DNA of 64,000 nt from Chthoniobacterales bacterium (GTDB taxonomy: Bacteria > Verrucomicrobiota > Verrucomicrobiia > Chthoniobacterales > Chthoniobacteraceae). The position numbers and the translations under genes are program-made. The first letter of the stretch is position 1; each line of letters opens with the position of its first letter. Shown piece after piece: positions 48,591 through 59,253 of this stretch. Where the stretch lies: the NCBI GenBank assembly GCA_038207335.1, contig JBBQZX010000004.1, positions 160,001-224,000 of the forward strand, written 5' to 3'. The notes under the pieces are model-generated. The model was given only the letters and a program-made list of their open reading frames with translations. It did no database searches and was not told the DNA's origin.

Positions 48591-51500
48591 GCGGACGCGA
48601 CCGTTTCGCTGTGCAAGTCGCCGCGTTTCCCGAACGTCTCTGCGACGCTTGGCACCGCGTCGGGATTGTTCGTCCCGAGCACGTCTTTGCCTTCGTGCGA
48701 ATCCTCGCGGCGCGAAAACTTCACCCCGACCAAACGCGAGACGCCGTGCTCCTCCATCGTCACGCCATAGAGTGCATCGGCGCGCGCGATCGTGCGTTTG
48801 TGGTGCGAGATCACGATGAACTGCGACTGTCCGACGAAGCGGTCAAGGATCTTGATGAAGCGGTTGATATTCGACTCGTCGAGCGGCGCATCCATCTCGT
48901 CGAGCACGCAGAACGGCGACGGCTTCACCATGTAGATCGAGAACAGAAGCGCTACGGCGGTCATCGTCCGCTCCCCGCCCGAGAGCAGCGTGATCGTCTG
49001 AAGTTGCTTGCCGGGCGGCTTCGCGATGATGTCGATGCCGCTCTCCAGCGGGTCGCTTTCGTCGGTCAAAAGCAGGTTCGCTTTTCCACCGCCAAACAGC
49101 TCCACAAACATCTCCGAAAAGTTCACGCGAATCTTCTCGAATGTCTCCGCGAACAGCACCTTCGTCGTGTTGTTGATCTTCGCGATCACGTCGATCAGCT
49201 CCGACTTCGAGTTCGTCAGGTCGGTGTTTTGCTTTTCGAGGAAAGTGTAGCGCTCTTCGAGTTCATCGTATTCCTGAATTGCGTCGAGATTCACCGGCCC
49301 CATCGAGTCGATGCGCTGATCGAGTTCGCGCACCATCGATTCGATCCGCTCCCAATCGAGCTCGAAGCCCTCGACCACCGGCTCATCCGGCACCTCGCCG
49401 TCCAAGGCTGCTGGCTGATCCGAAGCCGGTACGCCATCCGCATCAACGACCGCATTCAAACCGCGTTGCGCGCGTTTCACCTGATCCCGATACGCCACCC
49501 GCAACCCGTGCAAATCCCGCTGAAACTCCCGCAACTCAATCTGATACCGCTTCAAAATGTGCTCCGTCAGCGCCGCGATTTTCATCTCGAGCTGGCTTTG
49601 CTTCACCTCCACACGGCTCCGCAAATCGTGCGATTCGCTGAGCCGATGCCGCAGCACTCTGAGTCCATTGCTCATCTCCTCCACGCCCGCCGCCATCGCG
49701 CTCCGCTGCTCCACCAACGCGCTCACCGCCGCCTCGGATTCACCAACCTGTTCGCGCAGACGCTCGAGATTCGACTCGATCTCCGCATTCTCCGCGAGCA
49801 TCGCCTCGGCGCGTTGCGCGTAGCTGTCGATGTCCCGATGCCGCTGCTCGATCAGCTCGTGCAGTTCCGCAAGGCGCGCCTCCATCGGCTGACGCTGATG
49901 ATGCAGCGACGTGTGCCGCTGCCGCTCTGTCGCCACCTTAATCCGCAACTCATTTAGCTCCGCCGCAACCTCGGTCTCGCGCGCCCGGAGGTCCTCCAAC
50001 TGGCTCTGCGCCTCACTTCGCCGCGCATTCATCGCATCCAAATGCTGCAAATTTTCCAGCACCTCCGCCTCGAACATCTCCAGTCGCGACGCCGCCTCGT
50101 GCTGCCGCGCCTCGCTGCTCGCGCGCTCCCCGTCGAGCGTCTGCTGTTTTCGCTCCGTCTCCCGCATATCGCGCTCAAAAACCGCGAGCTGCCCGCGCAG
50201 CGTCGAGACCGTAAGTGTCCCGTTTTGCTTCTCCTCGCGCGCCTCGTCGAGACGCGTCTGCGCCTCTTCGATGTCCATCACGAGCCCATCGCGCCGCGTC
50301 GTGATCGCCTGCAAGGCTCCTCGCATGTCGTGCGCTTCCATCTCCAATTCCGCGATCTGATTCTTCCGCTGCAGCACCGAATTCACCGCTTCATTCGTCG
50401 CCCCGCCGTGCAAAATCCCGTCGCGCGTCAGCACCTCGCCCGCAAGCGTCACGATCAGCGAACCGCTCTGCGGGAACAGCCGAATCGCCGTCTCCAAATC
50501 CGGCACGAGCACCGTGTGATTCACCAGCCGCTCGATCAACCGCCGCAGTTCCGGCGCCGGTTTCACCTTGTTGATGAGCCAGTCGATCGCCCCCTCCGGC
50601 AGCATCATTTCCTTATCCTCGACGTGCGCGAACACCTTTTCAAATTCGCGCAATGCCAGCGACGCCTTCCCCATTTTCCTCGCCGTCAGCGTCTTGATCA
50701 CCGCCTCCGCAACCATCGTGTCTTTCATCACGATCGTCTGAAGATGAGCCCCCAGCGTGGCTTCCACGGCCGCGACATACTCCGCCGGCACGTCGATAAA
50801 TTGCGCCACCGCGCCCAAAATCGCTGGCTTGAAGAACTCCGGATTGTCCAACCCGCGCAGGATCGCCTGCGTCCCTTCGGAAAAGCCCTCCCCACCTTCA
50901 TTGAGCTGACGCAGCACATCCAGCTTCGCCTCTTTGTCCGACAAAAGCCGCTGCGCCCCGCGCAAATCCTGCTCCACCGCCGCCAGCGCAGCCTGCCCCT
51001 CGCGCACCTGCTGCTCCGCCTCCGTGAGCTGCGCCGTCGCTCGCGCCAGATCGATCTGTGCCCCCTCAAGCTCCGCTTGCGCCGTCGTCTGCTGCTCAGT
51101 CACCCGCGCAAATCCAAACTCCAACTGCTCCAGTTCGCTCGACAAAATCCCCAACCGCGCCTCCGCCCCATCCCGCTGCTGCGTCGCCATCGCGATCTGC
51201 CCGCGCAGCCCGCTCACGCGGCTCTCGATCTTCCCCGCGTCGCTCGCCGCCGACGCGATCACGCGCTCCCCCTCCTGCCGCTGCGCCACCAGCGCCGCCG
51301 TCGCCGCCTGCTTTTCCTCCAGCACTCGCAACTCACCCGCAAGCATCGTCGTGATCTGCGCCAACTCCGCATCCGTATCGCGAAGCTGCGTCTCCGCGAT
51401 ACGCAGCTTTTCCTCCGCCCCAGCCACATCCGCGCGATACCGCTCCACGAGTCCGCCAAATTCCTGTGACCGCTCCGCATTGAAAACGATCCGGTTCTCG

Positions 51501-52399
51501 TGATTCGAAATCCGCGACCGCAAATCGTTCACCACCTGCCGCGCCGCGTTGAGCTGAGCCTCCATTTCCGCCAGCTCCCCGCGCCGCGCCGCGATCTCGC
51601 TCTCCTGCCGCTCGATTTCTTCCTCGCAGTCCGCCTGCACCTCGCCGAGCCGCACCAGTTCAGCATTCGCGGCCGACTGCTGATCCTCCAGCCCGTCGAG
51701 TTGCCGCTTCGCCGAGTGAGTCTCCATCAGCTTCAAATCGCCGACGAGCGCCTGATACCGCTTCGCCTTTCCCGCCTGCCGCTGCAGCGAGCCAATCTGC
51801 CGCTTCACCTCCTTGATGATGTCCGTTAGCCGCAGCAAATTCGCATCCGTCGCCTCCAGTTTTCGCAGCGCCTCCTTCTTCTGCGACTTGTATTTCGTGA
51901 TCCCCGCAGCCTCCTCGAAAATCGCACGCCGATCCTCCGGGCGCGACGACAGTATCATGTCGATCTTCCCCTGCTCCATGATCGAGTAGGCCGACCGCCC
52001 GATCCCGGTGTCCATGAAAAGCTGATGAATATCCTTCAGCCTGCACGGCGTTTTGTTCAGCAAATACTCCGACCCGCCGTCGCGGAAAACGCGCCGCGTG
52101 ATCGTCACCTCATGCCAGTCGAGCCCGAGATGCTCCTCGCACTCCGCGAAAGTCATCGACACCTCCGCCATCCCCACCGCCGCGCGCGAATCCGTCCCCG
52201 AGAAGATCACATCCGCCATCTCCCCGCCGCGCAGCGCCTTCGCCGATTGCTCCCCGAGCACCCAACGCATCGCATCGAGCACATTGGATTTCCCGCATCC
52301 ATTCGGCCCCACCACCGCCGTCACGCCGCGATGAAATTCCATCTTCGTCTTCGGGGCAAAAGACTTAAATCCGAACAGCTCGAGCGATTGGAGATACAT
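48587..52399 (-). CDS. smc: Chromosome segregation protein SMC
   Basis: MYLQSLELFGFKSF, GPNGCGKSN, FEEAAGI, hinge, LSGGE, LDEMDAPLD. Confidence 0.97.
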   Translation of the reverse strand: MYLQSLELFGFKSFAPKTKMEFHRGVTAVVGPNGCGKSNVLDAMRWVLGEQSAKALRGGEMADVIFSGTDSRAAVGMAEVSMTFAECEEHLGLDWHEVTITRRVFRDGGSEYLLNKTPCRLKDIHQLFMDTGIGRSAYSIMEQGKIDMILSSRPEDRRAIFEEAAGITKYKSQKKEALRKLEATDANLLRLTDIIKEVKRQIGSLQRQAGKAKRYQALVGDLKLMETHSAKRQLDGLEDQQSAANAELVRLGEVQADCEEEIERQESEIAARRGELAEMEAQLNAARQVVNDLRSRISNHENRIVFNAERSQEFGGLVERYRADVAGAEEKLRIAETQLRDTDAELAQITTMLAGELRVLEEKQAATAALVAQRQEGERVIASAASDAGKIESRVSGLRGQIAMATQQRDGAEARLGILSSELEQLEFGFARVTEQQTTAQAELEGAQIDLARATAQLTEAEQQVREGQAALAAVEQDLRGAQRLLSDKEAKLDVLRQLNEGGEGFSEGTQAILRGLDNPEFFKPAILGAVAQFIDVPAEYVAAVEATLGAHLQTIVMKDTMVAEAVIKTLTARKMGKASLALREFEKVFAHVEDKEMMLPEGAIDWLINKVKPAPELRRLIERLVNHTVLVPDLETAIRLFPQSGSLIVTLAGEVLTRDGILHGGATNEAVNSVLQRKNQIAELEMEAHDMRGALQAITTRRDGLVMDIEEAQTRLDEAREEKQNGTLTVSTLRGQLAVFERDMRETERKQQTLDGERASSEARQHEAASRLEMFEAEVLENLQHLDAMNARRSEAQSQLEDLRARETEVAAELNELRIKVATERQRHTSLHHQRQPMEARLAELHELIEQRHRDIDSYAQRAEAMLAENAEIESNLERLREQVGESEAAVSALVEQRSAMAAGVEEMSNGLRVLRHRLSESHDLRSRVEVKQSQLEMKIAALTEHILKRYQIELREFQRDLHGLRVAYRDQVKRAQRGLNAVVDADGVPASDQPAALDGEVPDEPVVEGFELDWERIESMVRELDQRIDSMGPVNLDAIQEYDELEERYTFLEKQNTDLTNSKSELIDVIAKINNTTKVLFAETFEKIRVNFSEMFVELFGGGKANLLLTDESDPLESGIDIIAKPPGKQLQTITLLSGGERTMTAVALLFSIYMVKPSPFCVLDEMDAPLDESNINRFIKILDRFVGQSQFIVISHHKRTIARADALYGVTMEEHGVSRLVGVKFSRREDSHEGKDVLGTNNPDAVPSVAETFGKRGDLHSETVASA

Positions 52400-52463
52400 G
52401 GGTTTCTTTGGGGAAAAGGTGGCGTCTGGCCGCGACCGTAGGCATCTCCAAAATCGACCGCAA

Positions 52464-52511
52464 GCACAACATATTGTGCCCACGTAAGTTTTCCATCCCT
52501 ACAGAGTGTGT
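52464..52511. promoter_or_regulatory. Tandem NrdR-box-like operators upstream of smc
   Basis: GCACAACATATTGTGC (52464-52479) and the weaker TCCCTACAGAGTGTGT (52496-52511), 32 bp start-to-start, compared with consensus acaCwAtATaTwGtg. Confidence 0.6.
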
Positions 52512-52567
52512 TCCTGCGGGCAGACACAACCTCGCTACCCACCTCAGCGTTCAGCCCCCGCCGCGCC

Positions 52568-53692
52568 TCACTCCTTCGCGTGAAACGGAAAGTCCGTGTA
52601 TCCCTCCGCGGTCGGCGCCGACCAATCCTTGAGCGCCGCCGGGGGATTCAGCTCCCACCCATTTTCAAACCGCTCCACCAGATCCGGATTGCTCAGAAAC
52701 GGCCTCCCAAACGCCACCAAATCCGCGTTGACCGACGCGATCGCCTCCTCAGCCGACGCCTCCGTGTAGCCGCAGTTCCCCATCAGCGGCCCCGAATACA
52801 CCGACCGGAACTCCCCCAGCGTCATCGCTTTTCCCTGCTCGTGAAAACCGAACGACAGCCCATCCACCACATGCAGGTACGCCAGCCCATACGCGTTCAA
52901 CTGCGCCGCCACATGCGAGTAAGTCTCCCGGAAATCCGGCGATCCCATGTCGTTGAAATTCCCATTCGGCGACAGTCGCACGGCCACCCTCGACACCGGC
53001 CACACCGTCAGCACCGCCTCCACGATCTCCTCCAGAAAGCGATACCGATTCTCCACACTCCCGCCGTACTGATCCGTGCGGTGGTTCGTCTTCGAGTCCA
53101 GGAACTGATTGATCAGATACCCATTGGCGGCATGGATCTCCACGCCGTCGAACCCCGCATCCTTCGCCCGCATCGCCGCGCGCCGGTAATCCTCCACCAC
53201 GTCCGCCACCTCCGCCGTCCCCAGCGCACGCGGCACTTCATGCGGCACTTTCCCCACCGGCGTATGGATCATGCCAGAGCCGATCTTGATCGCCGATGCC
53301 GACACCGCCGGAGCGCCCCCGTGGAAGCTGCTGTGCGACGCCCGCCCGCAGTGCCACATCTGCAGGAAAAACGGCGTCCCCTCCTCTCGAAGTCCCGATG
53401 CGATCTTCCGCCAACCCTCCACCTGCGCCGCGTTGTAAATCCCCGGCGAATCCACCCACCCGATACCCTGCTCCGAAATTACCGTCGCCTCCGACACGAT
53501 CATCCCCGCCGACGCGCGCTGCGTGTAGTACGTCAGCATCAAATCATTCGGCACGCGCTGCGCCCCCGCACGGCCCCTCGTCAGCGGCGCCATCACCACT
53601 CGGTTTTTCAGCAGAAGCCCCTTCAGATCGTAGGGTGAAAGTAAACGGGGCGACTGCGACACGGAGTGAGTGGGATTCATAAGAGGCGTCAT
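52568..53692 (-). CDS. Alkene reductase, Old Yellow Enzyme (NemA-like)
   Basis: NRVVMAPLTRGRA, QMWHCGRASH, EIHAANGYL..FL, FGRPFLSNPDL. Confidence 0.95.
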   Translation of the reverse strand: MTPLMNPTHSVSQSPRLLSPYDLKGLLLKNRVVMAPLTRGRAGAQRVPNDLMLTYYTQRASAGMIVSEATVISEQGIGWVDSPGIYNAAQVEGWRKIASGLREEGTPFFLQMWHCGRASHSSFHGGAPAVSASAIKIGSGMIHTPVGKVPHEVPRALGTAEVADVVEDYRRAAMRAKDAGFDGVEIHAANGYLINQFLDSKTNHRTDQYGGSVENRYRFLEEIVEAVLTVWPVSRVAVRLSPNGNFNDMGSPDFRETYSHVAAQLNAYGLAYLHVVDGLSFGFHEQGKAMTLGEFRSVYSGPLMGNCGYTEASAEEAIASVNADLVAFGRPFLSNPDLVERFENGWELNPPAALKDWSAPTAEGYTDFPFHAKE

Positions 53693-53743
53693 TTAGACAG
53701 GTCGCAAATCGCGTGTCCGCCGAAAAGCGGTCGCTCGCCTTTA

Positions 53744-54451
53744 TCAACAGATCACCATCAACCGCGCCCCCTCACTCTCCGGCGCGCGGTGAATACACGA
53801 CGGCACCGCGCAACCCGGCCACTCCACGGCGATCTTCCACAAATTCCCCATCCCAAACGAGAACGCCTGCCCATCTGCCACCGCCTCGTAGTGCAGATCG
53901 TAACTGCATTCCGCCAGATACTCCCTGAACTCCTCCCCATCCTCCCCGCCAAACTCCACCAGCAGCGCCGCCCGCGTCTCCGGCACATCCACTCGACGCC
54001 GCGCCTCTTCATTCCGCAGCCCCTCGCTCGGCGCGCCAAAATACGTGCAAAGCCACGTCTCCGCCTCCACCGGCGCGCGATCCGCGTGAAACGAAAACAC
54101 ATCCGTCCGCACCACCTCCGCATCGAAATCGCGCGGGTACCCGCGGACACAATTCAAAACGGGTTCCCGCCGGCACTCCTGCAGAAGTCGCAAATCCTCA
54201 AGCATCACCGCTACTGCCACCTTCCCGGCTGCGCTCAGTTCCAGGCCGCGCAACCGACTTTCATCGAGCACCTCCACCCCATCGCCCGCTCCCAGCGCTA
54301 CAGCCACCTCCTCAAAATCGCCCTCTAAAACGCGCGGCCAACAAACCGCGTTCACCTCATCCACAAAATTTGCCCGAAGCAGTTCTGCGAAACTTCCCAC
54401 ATCTCGAACCCGCTCGCAGCGATCGCTCGGAGAAAAAGGCGACATTTTCAT
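53744..54451 (-). CDS. DUF1826-like protein (HxD...H, putative Fe/2OG-type fold)
   Basis: VNAVCWPR, SFHADRA, LCTYFG.PSEGL, CIHRAP; start trimmed to MKMSPF. Confidence 0.75.
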   Translation of the reverse strand: MKMSPFSPSDRCERVRDVGSFAELLRANFVDEVNAVCWPRVLEGDFEEVAVALGAGDGVEVLDESRLRGLELSAAGKVAVAVMLEDLRLLQECRREPVLNCVRGYPRDFDAEVVRTDVFSFHADRAPVEAETWLCTYFGAPSEGLRNEEARRRVDVPETRAALLVEFGGEDGEEFREYLAECSYDLHYEAVADGQAFSFGMGNLWKIAVEWPGCAVPSCIHRAPESEGARLMVIC

Positions 54452-54577
54452 AAACAGAAAAGCTGGACGGATGACACGACTCGCAGAGCATCGAATGCCG
54501 AACTGCAACTGTTCAAGACTTCGAGTGCCGCAGCCGTTGCTTTTTACTCCGACCTCGCTACCGTCCCCGCCAGCGCC

Positions 54578-55318
54578 ATGAAATTCCTCCTCGCTCTCCT
54601 GCTCCTCGCGGGGTCTCTCGCCGCGCGCGCTGCGGATTATCCGCAGCCCACCGGTGCCGATTTCGCACACACCGCGCCCTACTCCCTCATCGGCCAGCTT
54701 CTCTTCTCCAGCGGCGATGGCTATTACAGCGGCACCGGGACCGTCATTCGCCCGAGTTCCGTCCTCACCGCCGGCCACATCGTCTATGATTTCGATGGCG
54801 GATGGTCCACCGACGTCCTTTTCCGCCGCGGGCAATACGGCAGGACCGATCTCTCCGAGCAATACGCCACGCGCCTCTACATCCTCGGCGGATACCGCCG
54901 CAGCGTCGTCGCCCACGGTGCCGATGACGTCCGCGCCTTTGCAAACGACATCGGCGGACTCCGCTTCGCCTCTCCCGTCGCGGATGGAGCCGCTGCTGGG
55001 TGGGCCACCGATCGCTCCCTCCTCACCGGGGCCGCCTACAACATCGCACTCGGATACGGCGGCGAATATCACAGCGGCGACGACCTCCTCGCTGTCGAGC
55101 CAAAGGCCGCATTCACCCAAAGCTACGGCCCGTTTTTGGAAAATGAATCCGTCTATTTCGAATCCGGCATGAGCGGCGGCCCCGTCTTTGCCCGCGATGC
55201 AAAAGGCAACTTCTACATCGCCGGCATCGTCGTTTCCGGCTCAGTCGATCCTGTCGCCGGCGGCATTCGCGCACTGAATGCGACCGCCTCCGACTTCATC
55301 AAACGCTACCTGCGCTAA
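54578..55318 (+). CDS. Secreted trypsin-like serine protease
   Basis: Signal peptide; GTGTVI..VLTAGH, NDIG, GMSGGP triad motifs. Confidence 0.9.
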   Translation: MKFLLALLLLAGSLAARAADYPQPTGADFAHTAPYSLIGQLLFSSGDGYYSGTGTVIRPSSVLTAGHIVYDFDGGWSTDVLFRRGQYGRTDLSEQYATRLYILGGYRRSVVAHGADDVRAFANDIGGLRFASPVADGAAAGWATDRSLLTGAAYNIALGYGGEYHSGDDLLAVEPKAAFTQSYGPFLENESVYFESGMSGGPVFARDAKGNFYIAGIVVSGSVDPVAGGIRALNATASDFIKRYLR

Positions 55319-55335
55319 GTGACGCAAATCTGGTC

Positions 55336-56472
55336 GTGAAAGCTCGCACGGCGGCGCTCCTCGTCCTCGCGATCCTCACCGGGCTCACCATTGAGCTCAT
55401 AGTCGCAGGTCTCCGCTCCGCTCCGGAGCAGGTGAAAATCACTCCTCCTGCAAGCCCGCTGCCCTCCTCTGCCGCTCCCAGCGCGAATTTCTCCACCGTT
55501 CGCCCGCCAGTCCAAACGCCCGACAAACCCACCTCCGCGCTGCGCTCCCGGATCGACTCTCTCCTCGCACGTCTCCAAAAAGGCGAAGCCGGTGCCGCCG
55601 ACCTTGCCCAACTCGAACGCGAACTTTTCGCCGCCGATCCCGGCTTCGCGATTCGCGCGATCTTACAATTTCTTGCCACCGGCCAGGACTCCCCGACCAG
55701 CGAAATTTTCACGCTTGGCGAAGGCGGAAAACTCACGGGCGCACCGACCCTCCGCGTCGCTCTCATGGACTGGCTCGGCCGCCTCTCGAAACGAAGCGGC
55801 AGCGCCGACGCCGCGCAATTCGCCCGCACCGTTCTCGACGCCAAAACCGCACCTGACGAATGGGCCGTCTCGCTCCGCAACGTCGCATGGCACGACCCAC
55901 GCGACTCCGCATACCTCGGAGGCAAATTCCGCGAAATGCTCGGCTACCAGCCGTGGAACGCCCAGCCCAGTGACGGCATGTTGGAGGCATTCGACGTCGC
56001 CGTTTTCACCAAAGACCCCGCGCTCATCCCCGTCCTCGACGCCGCCGCTCGCTCCGGCAAGAGCGACCTCCAACGCGCTGCCGCAGTCGCGCTCGACCGC
56101 CTCGCGGAAGAAGCAGCGCTGCCCGTAATGAATTACCTCAATGCCAACCCGGCGCTCCTCTCCGACCGCCCTTTCGTCCGCGCCGATTACTTTGCCAAAG
56201 CCGACCTCGGACAAACCGGAGAACGGCAGGCGGTGGAAAACTATCTCGAACGCCCGGACATTTCAGTCGCGGAAAAGGCGAAGATGCTGAAGAGCATCAC
56301 GACGCCCGCCAGTTTCGTCTCAGACAATCTGCTGACCGCAGCACCCGAGCCCGCCGACGACACGGCACGCCTCACCGCCCTCGGAAAAACAACGAAGGAA
56401 TGGCTGACCACTGGACGCTTTCCCGAACTCACGACGGAACTTCAGCGCCTGCAATACCGCATCCCGCGCTGA
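55336..56472 (+). CDS. Membrane-anchored helical hypothetical protein
   Basis: 378 aa, N-terminal TM, Pro linker, HEAT-like helices; 17 nt after the protease gene. Confidence 0.7.
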   Translation: MKARTAALLVLAILTGLTIELIVAGLRSAPEQVKITPPASPLPSSAAPSANFSTVRPPVQTPDKPTSALRSRIDSLLARLQKGEAGAADLAQLERELFAADPGFAIRAILQFLATGQDSPTSEIFTLGEGGKLTGAPTLRVALMDWLGRLSKRSGSADAAQFARTVLDAKTAPDEWAVSLRNVAWHDPRDSAYLGGKFREMLGYQPWNAQPSDGMLEAFDVAVFTKDPALIPVLDAAARSGKSDLQRAAAVALDRLAEEAALPVMNYLNANPALLSDRPFVRADYFAKADLGQTGERQAVENYLERPDISVAEKAKMLKSITTPASFVSDNLLTAAPEPADDTARLTALGKTTKEWLTTGRFPELTTELQRLQYRIPR

Positions 56473-56494
56473 CTCTATCAGCCGGTAACGGAGG

Positions 56495-57703
56495 TCACTT
56501 CACCACTTGCTGAATCGCGGCACCCAAATCGGCGCGCGCATCCAGCGCCTGCGCCGCCGCCGCCGAAAACGACGTCACCAAATCCTGCGTCTCCGCCGGA
56601 TTGTGCGCGGGCTTCGACAGCCAAATCTGCGCCGTCTCGCCGTACTTGATAATCGCCTGCGCATACCGTTTCGCCAACGGATCAAGCCGTTCCAGCGCCA
56701 GCCGCAACCGCTGCAATTCGCTCACCACCCCCGCCGTCGTCAGGCCCTTCACCTCGTAAGGCCGAGCCGACTGAATGTTCTTCAACAGCGTCGTCGCAAT
56801 CCGGTCCACAGCCTCGATCGAGCTTGGCAGACTGAACGTCCTGTAACGCCCCGCGACATGCCCAAGCAGAAGCCGCGCGGTCATGTGGCTCGGCCATTTC
56901 CGCAACGTGAAGCGCAACTGTTCCTGCGTGTCCACCTTCTTCAAAATCGCCTCAGCATCCGCCCCGGAAGCCGAGAGCGTTTTCTGTACACCGTCGAAAA
57001 GCTCGATCGATTTCGCCATGTCCGGGTCGGGCTGCAGCGCCGCCATTTGCAGCACCTCATCGAAATCTTTCACCGCAAACATCTGCACCCGCCCCGCCCC
57101 GACCACCCCTTCATTCACGAGACAATCCGCCGCCTGCGTCACATTTTTCTCCGGCATCAAAATGCGCGACGCCGTTCCTCGCGTCGCCGTCGTAAGCCTC
57201 ATCAGCGCACTCGTCGCCGCCTGCACTTTCCCATCCGGCTGCAAGCCGCCGATGATCGAGCACGCGGGATCCGCATTCCATCCCGCGATCATCGAGTCCA
57301 GTAGCAACGCCACCGCCAGCGACGCCGCGGGCGCATCGTCCGGCGCGATCTCCGGCTGAAAGCTCACCTCCACGCGCTGCCCAACCGGCCAGCCATTATG
57401 CACGGTCATCATCAGCTTCGTCACCGCGCCGAGCACCGCCTTCCCGCCATCACCGAGCGGCGGCACGAGCAATATCCCCGCTTGATCCGGTGTCGCCGGC
57501 GTCGCCTTTGCCGTGATCGTCACATTCGCGAGAACGTTCACCCCAGCCGCCTGCTTGATATACAGCGGCGAGGTCACAACCGCCTTCGGATTCTTGATGG
57601 TCGGCGCAGCCGTCTTCTCATCCCCCTCTTTTTCTGGCAAAGCACCTCGGCAAACGAGACCTAGCCCGATCAGGCAGATGGAGGCAAAAGTGAAAATCTT
57701 CAT
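56495..57703 (-). CDS. Exported Lon (S16) proteolytic-domain-like protein, catalytic dyad apparently lost
   Basis: DDAPAASLAVALL...IIGGLQPDGKV...ALMRL..A....RILMPEKN aligns by eye to the Lon DGPSAG...TGEI..G.V...K...P..N pattern. Confidence 0.65.
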   Translation of the reverse strand: MKIFTFASICLIGLGLVCRGALPEKEGDEKTAAPTIKNPKAVVTSPLYIKQAAGVNVLANVTITAKATPATPDQAGILLVPPLGDGGKAVLGAVTKLMMTVHNGWPVGQRVEVSFQPEIAPDDAPAASLAVALLLDSMIAGWNADPACSIIGGLQPDGKVQAATSALMRLTTATRGTASRILMPEKNVTQAADCLVNEGVVGAGRVQMFAVKDFDEVLQMAALQPDPDMAKSIELFDGVQKTLSASGADAEAILKKVDTQEQLRFTLRKWPSHMTARLLLGHVAGRYRTFSLPSSIEAVDRIATTLLKNIQSARPYEVKGLTTAGVVSELQRLRLALERLDPLAKRYAQAIIKYGETAQIWLSKPAHNPAETQDLVTSFSAAAAQALDARADLGAAIQQVVK

Positions 57704-57769
57704 GGCGGCGTTCTCGTTACTTCAAAAACGACACTCTCACAAGCCAGCAGCGCGCTCCGGCTCGCAAAT

Positions 57770-57805
57770 GAAACAGCCGCGCCAGTTTCCCGGAGCGGCT
57801 GTTTC
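57770..57805 (-). terminator. Hairpin terminator downstream of ahcY
   Basis: GAAACAGCCGC/GCGGCTGTTTC 11-bp inverted repeat 17 nt past the stop; weak U tract. Confidence 0.6.
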
Positions 57806-57822
57806 GATGAAGTTTCGCGGCG

Positions 57823-59253
57823 TTAGTAACGGTAGTGTTCAGGCTTGTAAGGCCCTTCCACAGGCACCCCAATGTAATCCGCCTGTCGCTTACTCAGCAC
57901 CGTGAGTTTCACGCCGATCTTCTCGAGATGAAGTCTCGCGACTTCCTCGTCGAGCTTCTTGGGCAGGATGTAAACGCCGGGCTTCAAAGTCTCGCGGTTC
58001 TTCCAGAGATCGAGCTGCGCGAGCGTCTGATTGCTAAAGGAGTTCGACATCACGAATGAAGGATGTCCAGTAGCGCAGCCGAGGTTCACCAAGCGGCCTT
58101 CCGCCAGCAGGAAAATCTCGCGCCCATCCGCGAACTGATACTTATCCACCTGTGGCTTGATGTTGATCCGCTTGACCCCCGGATAGTTGTTCAACTTGTC
58201 CACCTGAATCTCATTGTCGAAGTGCCCGATGTTCGCAATGACCGCCTGATTCTTCATCTTGGTCATGTGCTCGATCGTGATCACATCGACGTTTCCAGTC
58301 GTAGTGATGTAGATGTCGCCGCGCCCGAGAGTATCTTCGGTAGTCGTCACTTCGTAGCCTTCCATCGCCGCTTGCAGCGCATTGATCGGATCGACTTCCG
58401 TCACGATGACCCGCGCACCTTGTCCCCGCAGCGACTGCGCGCAGCCCTTGCCGACATCGCCATAGCCAATGACCACCGCGACTTTGCCGGAAATCATGAC
58501 ATCGAGCGCGCGGTTGAGACCATCCACGAGCGAGTGACGGCAGCCGTAAAGGTTGTCAAACTTCGACTTGGTTACCGAGTCATTCACATTGAACGCTGGC
58601 ACGAGAAGCTTGCCCGCCTCGTGGAGCTTGTAAAGCCGATGAACGCCGGTTGTCGTCTCCTCCGACACTCCGCGCCAGTCCTTCACGATCTCATGAAAGA
58701 TGAATGGATTCTCCGCATGGATCTTCTTGAGCAAGTCCTTGATCACTTGCTCTTCATGAGTCTCGCTCTCGCCGTTGACCCAGTCGTCTCCTTCTTCCAG
58801 CTCGTAGCCTTTGTGCAGGAAGAGAGTCACGTCGCCACCATCATCGACCACCAACTCCGGGCCCTTGCCATCGCCGCCGACGATCGCATTCCAGGTGCAA
58901 TCCCAATACTCCTCCAGGCTCTCGCCTTTCCAGGCAAACACCGGCACACCCGCAGCAGCGATCGCCGCCGCCGCATGATCCTGCGTCGAGAAAATGTTGC
59001 AGCTCGCCCAGCGCACCGTCGCGCCGAGGTCCACCAGCGTCTCGATCAGGACAGCCGTCTGAATCGTCATGTGCAGCGACCCAGTGATCCGCACGCCTTC
59101 GAGCGGCTTGCCATCGGCATACTTGCCGCGGATTGACATGAGACCGGGCATCTCCTGCTCGGCGATCTCGATTTCCTTGCGGCCCCAGTCGGCGAGGTTG
59201 ATGTCGGCGACTTTGAAGTCGGTGTTTTTGGCGGTCAGGGTGTTGGTGCTCAT
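57823..59253 (-). CDS. ahcY: Adenosylhomocysteinase
   Basis: [62 protein letters not shown]. Confidence 0.98.
   Translation of the reverse strand: MSTNTLTAKNTDFKVADINLADWGRKEIEIAEQEMPGLMSIRGKYADGKPLEGVRITGSLHMTIQTAVLIETLVDLGATVRWASCNIFSTQDHAAAAIAAAGVPVFAWKGESLEEYWDCTWNAIVGGDGKGPELVVDDGGDVTLFLHKGYELEEGDDWVNGESETHEEQVIKDLLKKIHAENPFIFHEIVKDWRGVSEETTTGVHRLYKLHEAGKLLVPAFNVNDSVTKSKFDNLYGCRHSLVDGLNRALDVMISGKVAVVIGYGDVGKGCAQSLRGQGARVIVTEVDPINALQAAMEGYEVTTTEDTLGRGDIYITTTGNVDVITIEHMTKMKNQAVIANIGHFDNEIQVDKLNNYPGVKRINIKPQVDKYQFADGREIFLLAEGRLVNLGCATGHPSFVMSNSFSNQTLAQLDLWKNRETLKPGVYILPKKLDEEVARLHLEKIGVKLTVLSKRQADYIGVPVEGPYKPEHYRY

Noticed and set aside
53744..55120. 458-aa ORF as one gene
   Set aside because: Its 5' half is antisense to the protease; only 53744-54451 carries motifs.
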